Source: Myxococcota bacterium
GTDB lineage: Bacteria > Myxococcota_A > UBA796 > CAJQPC01
Reading direction: 5' to 3'
NCBI GenBank assembly: GCA_036012755.1
Contig: DASCPX010000085.1
Location: 1-30,616 of the forward strand
DNA length: 30,616 bases
The position numbers and the translations under genes were made by a program. Positions 17,849 through 26,269 of the stretch are shown here, in pieces. The notes under the pieces are model-generated. The model did no database searches. It was not told the DNA's origin and saw only the letters and a list, made by a program, of their open reading frames with translations. Numbering within the stretch: the first letter of the stretch is position 1; each line of letters begins with the position of its first letter.

Positions 17849-18610
17849 AGAGCGTCGAGGCGCGACAGGAGCGCCTCTGTGTAGATCGGCGCGTCTGACC
17901 TTCCCAGGTGGGAGCCGTCGACGGGGACGAGCTCTGCGGTCCTGGGGTCGTCTTCGTGATGCAGCGCCGGCAGACCGGTCTTCAGCGGGAGACGATCGAA
18001 GAACTCCTCCCGCGGCCAGTGCTCGGTCTCGTAGTCCTCGACGCCCCCGCTGGTGGGGTGATGCACGAAGACCACGGTGGCGCCTCGCTCCTCGAGGATT
18101 CTCGTGAGCGCGACGAAGGCCTCGACTCGCTGCTTCTTGCCGGCGGGGGTCGCTGGTGTCGTGCGCTTCGTCGCAGAGAGCTGGGCCTCGACGAAGGCTC
18201 CCGGGACCTCGTCGTCGAGCTCCAGCCAGCGACCATGCCGCATCGCCACGAATGGGGGTGTCAGCGGGCGCCCGACCATCGCCGTGTGGATGAGCATGTC
18301 GAGGTCCACCGAGGGTCCCCGAGAGGCGAACCTCCTGCCGAGGAGCTCGTCGAGGATGGCCTCCGAGCGCTTGGCCGGCGAGCTCTTCCACTGCTCGTAC
18401 CGTCTCAGGTAGAGCCCCGAGGCCCGCTCGTGCGAGTCCCCGTTCCCAAAGGTCTGCCTGGGGCCGATCCCGATGAGGAGCAGGCCGTGGAAGTCCGTCT
18501 CCTGGACGAGCCACACGAGCACTGGAATGGGGGAGCCGGCCTGGACGGAGAGGTTCACCGGTTCCCGACCCCTGTGCTCGGCCCGGGTAGGCGGGTGGAT
18601 GGCGGCGAGG
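17836..18610 (-). pseudogene. SGNH/GDSL-like (AlgJ/DltD-type partner) protein lacking its N-terminus
   Basis: NLSVQAGSP, GATVVFVHHP and C-terminal DGSHL (DxxH) motifs. No signal peptide or credible start; fused directly to the MBOAT fragment. The 5' boundary is approximate. Confidence 0.6.
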
Positions 18611-18771
18611 TCCCGAAGAGCAGCACGACGAAGGGCGGGTTCCACGCGGCGTAGAAGGCGTAGCTGGCCAGCAGCAGGAAGCCCTTTCGCTCACCCCACC
18701 CCGAGCTTGCTCCGGGCAACCAGCAAGACGCTCGCGAGGAAGACCGCGAACGTCAGGGAGTTGAAGATCAA
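18611..18771 (-). pseudogene. MBOAT O-acyltransferase (AlgI/DltB/PatA family) N-terminal fragment, frameshifted and truncated
   Basis: TTG 18771 (TTGA overlap with the lipoprotein stop) reads MIFNSLTFAVFLASVLLVARSKLG. Removing one G from GGGGTGGGG (18694-18702) continues WGERKGFLLLASYAFYAAWNPPFVVLLFGTS, the classic AlgI N-terminus. Confidence 0.8.
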
Positions 18772-20366
18772 TAGGCGACCAGCACTCGGGCATACGCGTC
18801 GTCCCAGGCCGGGTTCTGCGTGAGGCCCTCGCAGTTGTCCCCCTCGATGATGAACTCGTTCTCTCCGCCGACGGTGTAGTAGTCGGTGATCTCGGCAGCG
18901 GTCAGGGTCGTGCTCCACTCGGCCTCGGTCGGGTCGCACTGGCAGCTGTAGACCAGCGCCCAGGTGTCGGTCAGCTCGTTGCCGTTGAGGTACAGGGTGT
19001 AGTCCATCGTCGAGCAGCCGATGCCGTGGTTGACCTCGATGACCACAGAGCTCGGGGCGGTCGACTCGCCGTCGGTCCAGGTGAAGCCGACGTCGTTGCC
19101 GGCGCAGCCGTTGTACATGGACTTGTAGGCAGTAGTGCTGCAGTGGGCGTTCATCCCCGTGAGGTCCGACCGGTCGATGGTGTAGACGGGCACGACGGTG
19201 ATCTCGTCGGTGCCCGGATCCGAGACCCGGCTGCCGTCGCTGCCATAGCCGTAGCAGACCCAGACGTCCTCGACAGTGGTGTCGTCAGAGGACACCGTGT
19301 CCCCGGGCCAGTCCGTCTCGGTGGCGTCCGAGTACGAGGAGCCGTCGACGGTCCACTCGAAGCTGTAGGTGATCTCCTCGTCGTCGTCGGGATCGACGGA
19401 TTCGCCTCCGTCGGCGATGGCGCAAGACAGATCGTTGTCCGGTCCAACCTCCGCGGGGCTGATCTCGACGACCGGGGCGCTCGGAGCACCGTTGACGATC
19501 GTGATCTCGGCGGACTTCTCGCCTTCGCCCTGGCTCGTGCCGTCGTTGCCGGCGGCGATGACGTAGACCACCTGGTCGCGCTCGAAGTGCGCGCTGTCCA
19601 GCTCCGTGCCGGTCTCGCCGCCGACCTGGTCACCGTCGACGTACCAGTCGTAGCGCATGATGATGCTGTCGCCGTCGGCGTCCTCGGCGGTGGCGGTGGC
19701 GCTGAGGGTGTCGTTCGAGCCGGCGCCCTCCGGGCCGATGGTGACCTCTGTGATCACAGGAGGGCTGTTCGCGATCGTGAGCTTGTCCGAGTCGAGCGGC
19801 TCGCCCTCCTCGCTCCCGTCGCTGGGCGTGACGCTGGCGTAGACCTCTGCGCCGCGCCAGATGAGGTCGGCCCCGAGCTCCTCGCCGGTCGCGGCCTCGG
19901 AGTTGCCGATGTACCAGGCGATGGCCAGGGTGATGTCGTCCCCGTCGATGTCGTCCGCGCCCTCGACCTCGACCGTGAGGGTGTCCGACGAGGTCGGGTC
20001 CGCTGGCATGATGGTCACGCTCGTGACGTAGGGGGGTGAGTTCAGGACCGTGAGGGGCTCGCTGACGGTCGTCGGGCCGTCCTGCTCGCCGTCATTGCCC
20101 CAGACCGCGAGCACGATCTCGTCCCCGCTGCCGAAGGCGTCGCTGGTGAGCACCGTCCCGGCGCCCTCCTGGATCATGCCTCCGTTGACGAGCCAGGAAT
20201 AGGTGAGCCGCACGTCGTCCCCCTCCGGGTCGTCCCAGGTGACCTGTGAGGTGATGCTGTCGCCCTCGTGGACCTCTGCTGGGGACAGGGTCACGGAAGT
20301 GACGGTCGGGGGCTGGTTTCCGGGCGGCTCGTCGCCGGTACATGCCATTGGCAGCAGCAAGATCAT
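18768..20366 (-). CDS. Acidic lipoprotein with four Ig/PKD-like repeats and a Cys-rich C-terminal domain
   Basis: GGAGG RBS then MILLLPMA-C. Four ~90-aa repeats N.PP.(V/I)..V.I.P....D.L......D.DGD.....W...G. C-terminal domain with several Cys. Start re-called at 20366. Confidence 0.8.
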   Translation of the reverse strand: MILLLPMACTGDEPPGNQPPTVTSVTLSPAEVHEGDSITSQVTWDDPEGDDVRLTYSWLVNGGMIQEGAGTVLTSDAFGSGDEIVLAVWGNDGEQDGPTTVSEPLTVLNSPPYVTSVTIMPADPTSSDTLTVEVEGADDIDGDDITLAIAWYIGNSEAATGEELGADLIWRGAEVYASVTPSDGSEEGEPLDSDKLTIANSPPVITEVTIGPEGAGSNDTLSATATAEDADGDSIIMRYDWYVDGDQVGGETGTELDSAHFERDQVVYVIAAGNDGTSQGEGEKSAEITIVNGAPSAPVVEISPAEVGPDNDLSCAIADGGESVDPDDDEEITYSFEWTVDGSSYSDATETDWPGDTVSSDDTTVEDVWVCYGYGSDGSRVSDPGTDEITVVPVYTIDRSDLTGMNAHCSTTAYKSMYNGCAGNDVGFTWTDGESTAPSSVVIEVNHGIGCSTMDYTLYLNGNELTDTWALVYSCQCDPTEAEWSTTLTAAEITDYYTVGGENEFIIEGDNCEGLTQNPAWDDAYARVLVAY

Positions 20367-20419
20367 GGTTCCTCCGAGGGTGTGTTCTATCAGTTGGTGT
20401 CTCGGTCGACCCCGGTTTC

Positions 20420-20448
20420 TTGACAGCTCTGGCTGACGGCTGTAGATT
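20420..20448 (+). promoter_or_regulatory. Sigma70-type promoter TTGACA-N17-TAGATT for the XPB operon
   Basis: Perfect -35 (20420-20425), 17-bp spacer and TAnnnT -10 (20443-20448) in an otherwise GC-rich background. Confidence 0.75.
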
Positions 20449-20569
20449 AGGTCACCGAGTTCCTTTTGCTCGGATAGGTCCGGGTCGGTCCCACGACCCC
20501 TTCCCCGCGACCCCTCGTCGAACAGCCTTGGCACCGCCTCGGCTCACTTCGCGTCTGAGGGCGGCATGA

Positions 20570-22252
20570 ATGCACGTTCGGCCTGAGAATCCCGTCATCG
20601 TCCAGGGAGATGGCAAGGTCCTTCTAGAGACCAACCACTCCCGATACGAGGCGGCCAGAGACTTCATCGCACGTTTTGCGGAGCTGGAACGCTCTCCGGA
20701 ACACCTGCACACCTACCGCATCTCTCCGCTGTCGCTGTGGAACGCTGCCAGTGCGGGCATGACCCGTGACGAGATCGTCGAGGGGCTCCGGGATCTCTCC
20801 AAGTTCGACGTCCCGCCGGCTGTGCTCGAGTCCATCGGCGAGACCATCGAGCGCTATGGCCTGGTCCAGCTGGTGCCACACCCGGAGAACCCGAGGGAGT
20901 TCATCAGGCTGAACTTCGCCACGGCCTATGTCGCCAAGCTCATCTCGAAGGTGGAGTCGGCGAAGGAGCTGATGGTGCCGGACGGGCGGCGCCACTGGGC
21001 GATCCCCCAGGGACACCGTGGGATCTTCAAGCAGCGCATGCTGACCGAGGGCTGGCCGATCGAAGACCTCGCTGGCTTCCTCCCCGGCGCTCCGCTGAAG
21101 CTGCAGCTGCGCGAGAAGATGAAGAAGGACGGCGTGCCCTTCGGCGTGCGGCCCTACCAGGTCGAGGCAGCGGCCAAGTGGCACCTGGACGGCAAGCCCT
21201 CCGGCGGCCACGGGGTCGTGGTGCTGCCCTGCGGTGCCGGAAAGACCATCGTCGCGCTGGAGGCGATGCGACTCTGCCAGACGAAGGTGCTGGTGCTGGC
21301 GACCAACGCCGCCGCCGTCGAGCAGTGGGTGCGCGAGGTCCTCGACAAGACCCACCTCGCCCCTCACCAGGTCGGGGCCTACATGGGCGCGGTCAAGCAG
21401 ATCCGCCCGGTCACGGTCGCGACCTACCAGATCCTCACCTACCGTCGGTCGAAGAACGCCGACTTCGAGCACCTCCACCTGTTCTCGGACGAGGACTGGG
21501 GCCTCATCATCTACGACGAGGTCCACCTCCTGCCGGCGCCGGTCTTCGGCGCGACGGCGGAGCTCCAGGGACGCCGCCGCCTCGGGCTCACCGCGACCCT
21601 CATCCGCGAGGACGGCCGTCAGGGCGACGTCTTCTCGCTCGTCGGACCCAAGCGCTACGACCTCCCCTGGCAGCTCTTGGAGACAGGCGGCTTCATCGCA
21701 GAGGCCAAGTGCTTCGAGGTCCGGGTGCCCTTCAGCGCCGCGGACGCAGACCGCTACGAGGCCCTCTCCGAGCAGCAGAAGTTCAAGGAAGCGAGCACGA
21801 ACCCGGCCAAGATGGGCTCGATCAAGGCTCTCGTGGAGCGGCACCGACAGGACAACGTCCTGGTGATCGGGACCTACCTCGATCAGCTCGAGCACCTCGC
21901 GCGTGCCTTCCGGGCACCCCTGATCACGGGCAAGACCCCCCACGGTCGTCGCGTCGAGCTCTTCAGGAAGTTCCGCGAGGGCACGATCAAGCTGCTCGTC
22001 GTCTCGAAGGTCGCGAACTTCTCTATCGACCTCCCTGACGCAAACGTCGCAATCCAGGTCTCTGGCACCTTCGGCTCTCGCCAGGAGGAGGCCCAGCGCC
22101 TGGGACGCATCCTCCGTCCGAAGAAGGACGGTGAGTGCGCTCACTTCTACACGGTGGTCACGAAGGACTCGAAGGAGCAGGTCTTCGCCATGAAGCGCCA
22201 GCTCTTCCTGACCGAGCAAGGCTACCGCTACTACATCGAGGACGCCGCCTGA
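20570..22252 (+). CDS. xpb: XPB/Ssl2/Rad25-like superfamily 2 DNA helicase
   Basis: N-terminal FAELERSPEHLHTYRISPLSLWNA (helicase-associated domain); VLPCGAGKT, DEVH, GLTAT, SKVANFSIDLPDA, GSRQEEAQRLGRILR motifs. Confidence 0.95.
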   Translation: MHVRPENPVIVQGDGKVLLETNHSRYEAARDFIARFAELERSPEHLHTYRISPLSLWNAASAGMTRDEIVEGLRDLSKFDVPPAVLESIGETIERYGLVQLVPHPENPREFIRLNFATAYVAKLISKVESAKELMVPDGRRHWAIPQGHRGIFKQRMLTEGWPIEDLAGFLPGAPLKLQLREKMKKDGVPFGVRPYQVEAAAKWHLDGKPSGGHGVVVLPCGAGKTIVALEAMRLCQTKVLVLATNAAAVEQWVREVLDKTHLAPHQVGAYMGAVKQIRPVTVATYQILTYRRSKNADFEHLHLFSDEDWGLIIYDEVHLLPAPVFGATAELQGRRRLGLTATLIREDGRQGDVFSLVGPKRYDLPWQLLETGGFIAEAKCFEVRVPFSAADADRYEALSEQQKFKEASTNPAKMGSIKALVERHRQDNVLVIGTYLDQLEHLARAFRAPLITGKTPHGRRVELFRKFREGTIKLLVVSKVANFSIDLPDANVAIQVSGTFGSRQEEAQRLGRILRPKKDGECAHFYTVVTKDSKEQVFAMKRQLFLTEQGYRYYIEDAA

Positions 22253-22253
22253 T

Positions 22254-24446
22254 ATGTCCGAAGAAGTCGCACAGCAGCCCACTGAAGACGGCGCTGGAGG
22301 AAAGCGCCGTCGCCGTCGCCGCCGCCGTCGCCGCAACGACCAGGAAGACGGAGGCTCCGAGGAGCGCCGCGCCAACGACAACAACGGAGCCCAGGGTGTG
22401 GCCGCGCCCAACACCAGCCGGAGCACCCGTCGTCGCAAGCGCCGTCGTCGTCGCGCCGCGGCGGTCGTCGGTCTCAACCGTCGCCGTCGGCTCTCCCGCA
22501 ACGAGCTCGATGAGCTCGAGTCCTACTTCCAGCGCATGCCGGACGGGCTGCTGGCCAACCTCTACCGTGGCCTCGGCGGCCAGCCCTCTCGCATCGGCGA
22601 GCACGGGCGCATGGTGCAGCTCGCGGTCCGCGCGATCGCCCAGGGCAAGCGCCTCGGCACGATGCTCAAGCAGCTCCACCCCAAGGAGAGGACGGCGCTG
22701 GCGGTGCTCATCCAGACCGGCGGACTGGCCCACTCGGAGGAGCTCCTGCACGAGCTGCACCTGAGCCTCGGCGGTCACGAGCGCGAGTGGATCCGGGTGC
22801 TCCAGACCCTCGCGGAGAAGGGCCTGGTCTGCGCGACCGACGAGCAGGACGGGCAGTTCTTCTACCTGGCTCCCGAGCCGCTGGTGGAGTTCCTCGTCGA
22901 GCACCTCGAGGCGGAGCTCGCTGTCAGCGTGTTCAAGCACGACGACATCCGGGTCCGAGACCCGAAGCCCTTCTGTCCTCCGATCGACTTCAGCATCACC
23001 ACGCTGTGCACCTACATCGATCAGCGTCCGCCGCGGCTCACGCAGCAGCAGGAGATCTTCAAGGCCAACAAGCAGGAGATGGACGAGTTCTTCGGCCAGC
23101 TCTGGGAGGCCGAGAGCGAGCTCTTCCACTTCCACATCGACTTCCTCATCCAGCATGGCCTCGTCGAGCTCCGCGGGGACCGCCTCTCCGTGAACCGCGA
23201 GGTGGTCGAGGAGTGGCTGCAGATCGACCCGCAGGACCAGCGGGACCTCATCTTCAAGGCCCTCGACGGGCGCTTCAAGTACGCCGAGTGGGTGATGTGG
23301 AGTGTGCACTCGGGCAAGGGCGAGTGGGTCCCGGAGCAGCCGCTGCAGGCGCTGTACCGGCGCTGGACGCGTGGCGAGGACTGGCGCATTCGCTTCCACA
23401 AGGGCGAGTACACCGCGACCCGCTCCCACGAGCGCGAGTCGTGGAGCTTCGCGCCGCTGGTGGACTGCGGCATGCTCGAGCTCGGCGAGTGGGGACAGGA
23501 GAAGTTCTACCGCCTGACCCCGCGGGCCCTGGCCCTCATCGAGCCGCCAGAGGACGACGGCTTCACCCAGTTCTACCTGACGCCGAGCTTCGAGATCATG
23601 GCTCCGGCGGGCCTCGCCCCGATCCTGCTCTTCCACATCGGCGAGCTGGCGGAGCTGGTCGGTTGTGACCGGGCCAACACCTACAAGATCACCGAAGTCA
23701 CGATCGAGCAGTGCATCAACAAGGGCTGGAGGCGGGACGACGTGCTCGACTTCCTGCGTGAGAACTCGCAGATCGGCTTGCCCGAGAACGTCGAGTCGAC
23801 CCTCAAGGGCTGGATGGGCCAGGGCGCCGACGTCGAGTTCCACGACTGCGTCCTGCTGACGGTCCACCGCTCCAAGATCCGGACCGTGGAAGCCAGCCGG
23901 ACGCTGCGTCCATACCTGCTGCACCGCTTCGTGCCGGGCATGTACGCGGTCGACCGGGACCGCCTCCCCGAGATCTACGCCCTGGTCTCAGAGGCCGGCT
24001 TGCGCCCCGGGCGCGATGTCAGCCGCTACCCGGGTGACGCCGGAGAGGCTTCGGCTCGCCAGCGCCTCCACCTGCTCCTCGCCGACGCGCGAGAGGCCAG
24101 CGAGGACCCGCTGGCCCGGGCACACGCGGCCGACACGCAGCCAGAGGACCTCCACGCGGTCCCGGGCGCTGGAGGCGGCAGGCGGAGGAAGAAGAAGAAG
24201 CGCGACGAGGTGCCCCGCGTCTCTCCGCGCGAGGCTCGCGACCTGCTGGACCGGGCCATCGCCCTGTCATCGACCGTGGGGGTGGTCTACGCCGGAAAGG
24301 ACGGCAAGAGGACCACCTACAAGCTCGCGCCTCAACGCCTCGCCCTGAACGCCACTGGCGACCAGGTGTTGGTCGCGGAGAACGTCTCGACCGGTGATAT
24401 GCGGACCTTCAAGCTGGTCCAGATCGAGCGGATCAAGTCGGCGTGA
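22254..24446 (+). CDS. XPB-partner protein: poly-Arg N-terminus, helical/wHTH-like middle, helicase-associated (Helicase_C_3-like) domain, C-terminal WYL-like domain
   Basis: LTPSFEIMAP..YKITEVTIEQ..GW....LDFLRENS...LPENVESTLKGW resembles the XPB N-terminal domain. C-terminus AIA...V.VVY...GKRT....P.RL....LVA.......RTFKLVQIE is WYL-like. Starts 1 bp after the xpb stop. Confidence 0.8.
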   Translation: MSEEVAQQPTEDGAGGKRRRRRRRRRRNDQEDGGSEERRANDNNGAQGVAAPNTSRSTRRRKRRRRRAAAVVGLNRRRRLSRNELDELESYFQRMPDGLLANLYRGLGGQPSRIGEHGRMVQLAVRAIAQGKRLGTMLKQLHPKERTALAVLIQTGGLAHSEELLHELHLSLGGHEREWIRVLQTLAEKGLVCATDEQDGQFFYLAPEPLVEFLVEHLEAELAVSVFKHDDIRVRDPKPFCPPIDFSITTLCTYIDQRPPRLTQQQEIFKANKQEMDEFFGQLWEAESELFHFHIDFLIQHGLVELRGDRLSVNREVVEEWLQIDPQDQRDLIFKALDGRFKYAEWVMWSVHSGKGEWVPEQPLQALYRRWTRGEDWRIRFHKGEYTATRSHERESWSFAPLVDCGMLELGEWGQEKFYRLTPRALALIEPPEDDGFTQFYLTPSFEIMAPAGLAPILLFHIGELAELVGCDRANTYKITEVTIEQCINKGWRRDDVLDFLRENSQIGLPENVESTLKGWMGQGADVEFHDCVLLTVHRSKIRTVEASRTLRPYLLHRFVPGMYAVDRDRLPEIYALVSEAGLRPGRDVSRYPGDAGEASARQRLHLLLADAREASEDPLARAHAADTQPEDLHAVPGAGGGRRRKKKKRDEVPRVSPREARDLLDRAIALSSTVGVVYAGKDGKRTTYKLAPQRLALNATGDQVLVAENVSTGDMRTFKLVQIERIKSA

Positions 24447-24631
24447 GCGCAGAGGACAAGACCTTCGACGAGCTCGTCGAGGAGCTCGAGCAGCGCGTCC
24501 GCCGGCTCGAGTCCGGTGAGCTCGCCCTGGACGATGCCCTCGCCGTCTTCGAAGAGGGCATCGAGCTCACTCGCGACTGCCACGAGCGCCTCGACGCGAA
24601 GGACCGCCGGGTCGTCGAGCTCAGCGACTGA
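24443..24631 (+). CDS. xseB: Exodeoxyribonuclease VII small subunit
   Basis: TFDELVEELEQRVRRLESGELALDDALAVFEEGIELTRDCHERLD; GTGA overlap with the upstream gene. Confidence 0.93.
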   Translation: MSAEDKTFDELVEELEQRVRRLESGELALDDALAVFEEGIELTRDCHERLDAKDRRVVELSD

Positions 24632-25814
24632 CGGTCTCGTTGTAGAAGTCGATGATCTGCCTGACGTAGGCGCGCTTCTCCGTGTAGCTGCCCGGGTAGA
24701 AGCTGCGCTTGAAGCCGTAGATGATCGTGTCTCGGAGCTGGGCCGGCGTCATGTCGAAGGCCTGCGTCGCCAGCTCGTACTCGCGGGTCACCGTGGTGTG
24801 GGAGACCAGCCGGTTGTCCGTGCACAGGGTCGCCGAGAGCTTCGCGTCGAGCATCTGGCGGAAGGCGTGGTTTTCGACCGACCCGATCTCGGGGTTGGTC
24901 TGGAGATTCGACGTGATGCAGACCTCGATCGTGGTTCGCCGGTCGGCGATGTACTGGGCCAGCGCCTCGCAGTAGCCCTCCCGGTCCTTGATCTTGGGCG
25001 CCGCGATCTTGTCGGCCGCGAAGAGGTGGTAGCCGTGACCGATGCGGTCTGCGTTGAGATCAGCGATCGCCTGGTAGATCGACTCCGGGCCGTATGCCTC
25101 GCCGGCGTGGACCGTGCGCTTCAGGAAGAACTCGTGGGCGTGGACGAAGGCCTCGCGGTAGGCATCCGCCGGGTAGCCCGCTTCGTGGCCGGCGAGGTCG
25201 AAGGCCACGATGGGCAGGCCCTCTTCGTCCCGCAGGCGGACAGCGGCGCGGGCCAGCTGCAGGGCCGCCACGCCGTAGATGCGGCTCTTCGGGGACTCGT
25301 GGAGGACGTCGCAGAGCTGGGCGTACCAGCGTGAGAAGGTGCCGTCGAAGTAGCGAAGGGCGCAGACGATGATGCCGTAGCGGAAGGGGGGCTCCCGCTT
25401 CTCTGCGGCTATGACCTCGTGCTCGACACGGGCACGATCGAGCCCCGCGTTCACCGCGCGGAGGACCTCTTCGTAGCCGAACGCCCCGTGCATGTGGAGC
25501 TGCGGGGCGAAGCGCACCTCGACGTAGCGGACACCCTCGTCGATGTTGTCCCAGGCGAGCTCGTAGGCGGATCGCTCGAGCGCTTCGGGGTCCTGGAGCA
25601 CCGCGCAGGTGTAGGCGAAGCCGGCGAGGTACTCGGTCAGGGAGCCATAGGACTCCTTGAAGACCAGCTCGTAGAGACCTTCCTCGGTCTGCGATGGAAG
25701 ATCTACCCCGCGCCCCGCGGCGAGTTCGATCAGCGTGCCGAGCCGCAGAGATCCATCGAGGTGGACGTGGAGGTCCGTCTTCGGCAGCGCGCGCAGCAAG
25801 GCCCCGTCGTACAT
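24621..25814 (-). CDS. add: Adenosine deaminase family protein
   Basis: LPKTDLHVHLDGSLR, YVEVRFAP, FDLAGHE, TVHAGE, RIGHG, EVCITSN, CTDN motifs. Start re-called at ATG 25814. Confidence 0.92.
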   Translation of the reverse strand: MYDGALLRALPKTDLHVHLDGSLRLGTLIELAAGRGVDLPSQTEEGLYELVFKESYGSLTEYLAGFAYTCAVLQDPEALERSAYELAWDNIDEGVRYVEVRFAPQLHMHGAFGYEEVLRAVNAGLDRARVEHEVIAAEKREPPFRYGIIVCALRYFDGTFSRWYAQLCDVLHESPKSRIYGVAALQLARAAVRLRDEEGLPIVAFDLAGHEAGYPADAYREAFVHAHEFFLKRTVHAGEAYGPESIYQAIADLNADRIGHGYHLFAADKIAAPKIKDREGYCEALAQYIADRRTTIEVCITSNLQTNPEIGSVENHAFRQMLDAKLSATLCTDNRLVSHTTVTREYELATQAFDMTPAQLRDTIIYGFKRSFYPGSYTEKRAYVRQIIDFYNETVSR

Positions 25815-25820
25815 GTCTTG

Positions 25821-25830
25821 ACGGTAGCGT
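25821..25830. promoter_or_regulatory. -10 element for leaderless add transcript (TACCGT bottom; TAGCGT top shares the TA)
   Basis: Predicted bottom-strand +1 is exactly 25814 (A of ATG); no RBS upstream. Confidence 0.55.
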
Positions 25831-25843
25831 TCCAGCGCCCCAC

Positions 25844-25872
25844 TTGCACCCCGCCGGACGTTCGGGTAGGCA
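25844..25872 (+). promoter_or_regulatory. Promoter candidate TTGCAC-N17-TAGGCA, leaderless start at 25879
   Basis: 17-bp spacer; the ATG sits at the predicted +1; no Shine-Dalgarno sequence. Confidence 0.5.
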
Positions 25873-25878
25873 TGCGGC

Positions 25879-26253
25879 ATGAAGCTCCCACTCGAACTGC
25901 GCGAGTCGCTCGTCGTCGCGGTCGATGACTACTTCGAGACCGAGAACGACGACCCGGATGCGGCCACCCTCGCCAACGCACTGTTGCGGCTCATCGACCA
26001 GGCCGCGGAAGACGCCGACTACGAGGAAAGCGAGGACCTGCTCTCCGACATCCAGACCGACGCGGAGCTGGAGGAGGGCATCCTCGACACCCTCGAGTTC
26101 GAGTTCACGAAGAACGACGAGCTGGAGCTCACCGGCGAGGACGTAGTCGTCGCGGTCGAGCGGGTCCTGGGGTTGACCTGGACCGACGACGGAATGGACG
26201 AGGACGACCTCGACAGCATGGAGCAGTACGACGACGAGGACGACGAGTACTGA
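25879..26253 (+). CDS. Small, extremely acidic hypothetical protein
   Basis: 124 aa with about 45 Asp/Glu against 5 Lys/Arg (hand count); strongly GC3-biased codons. Confidence 0.8.
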   Translation: MKLPLELRESLVVAVDDYFETENDDPDAATLANALLRLIDQAAEDADYEESEDLLSDIQTDAELEEGILDTLEFEFTKNDELELTGEDVVVAVERVLGLTWTDDGMDEDDLDSMEQYDDEDDEY

Positions 26254-26269
26254 TGATGCGCCGCCCAGC

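Noticed and set aside
18694..18702. Phase-variable G tract in the MBOAT fragment
   Set aside because: Runs of only four G, and the rest of the gene is deleted, so reversion would not restore function.
20367..20569. LexA/SOS box upstream of xpb
   Set aside because: No match to the LexA motifs I know (e.g. CTGT-N8-ACAG, GAAC-N4-GTTC). The inverted repeat present has the opposite orientation and different spacing.
20570..25814. Anti-phage defence system (helicase plus adenosine deaminase, RADAR-like)
   Set aside because: The deaminase is convergent, ordinary-sized and housekeeping-like, and there is no RdrA-type AAA+ ATPase. XPB and xseB fit DNA repair better.
25815..25880. Longer add start at 25880, and ORF-track starts at 4658, 6392, 20534 and 26848
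   Set aside because: These extensions overlap neighbouring genes or promoters. Downstream starts have RBS, coupling or promoter support and match where family homology begins.
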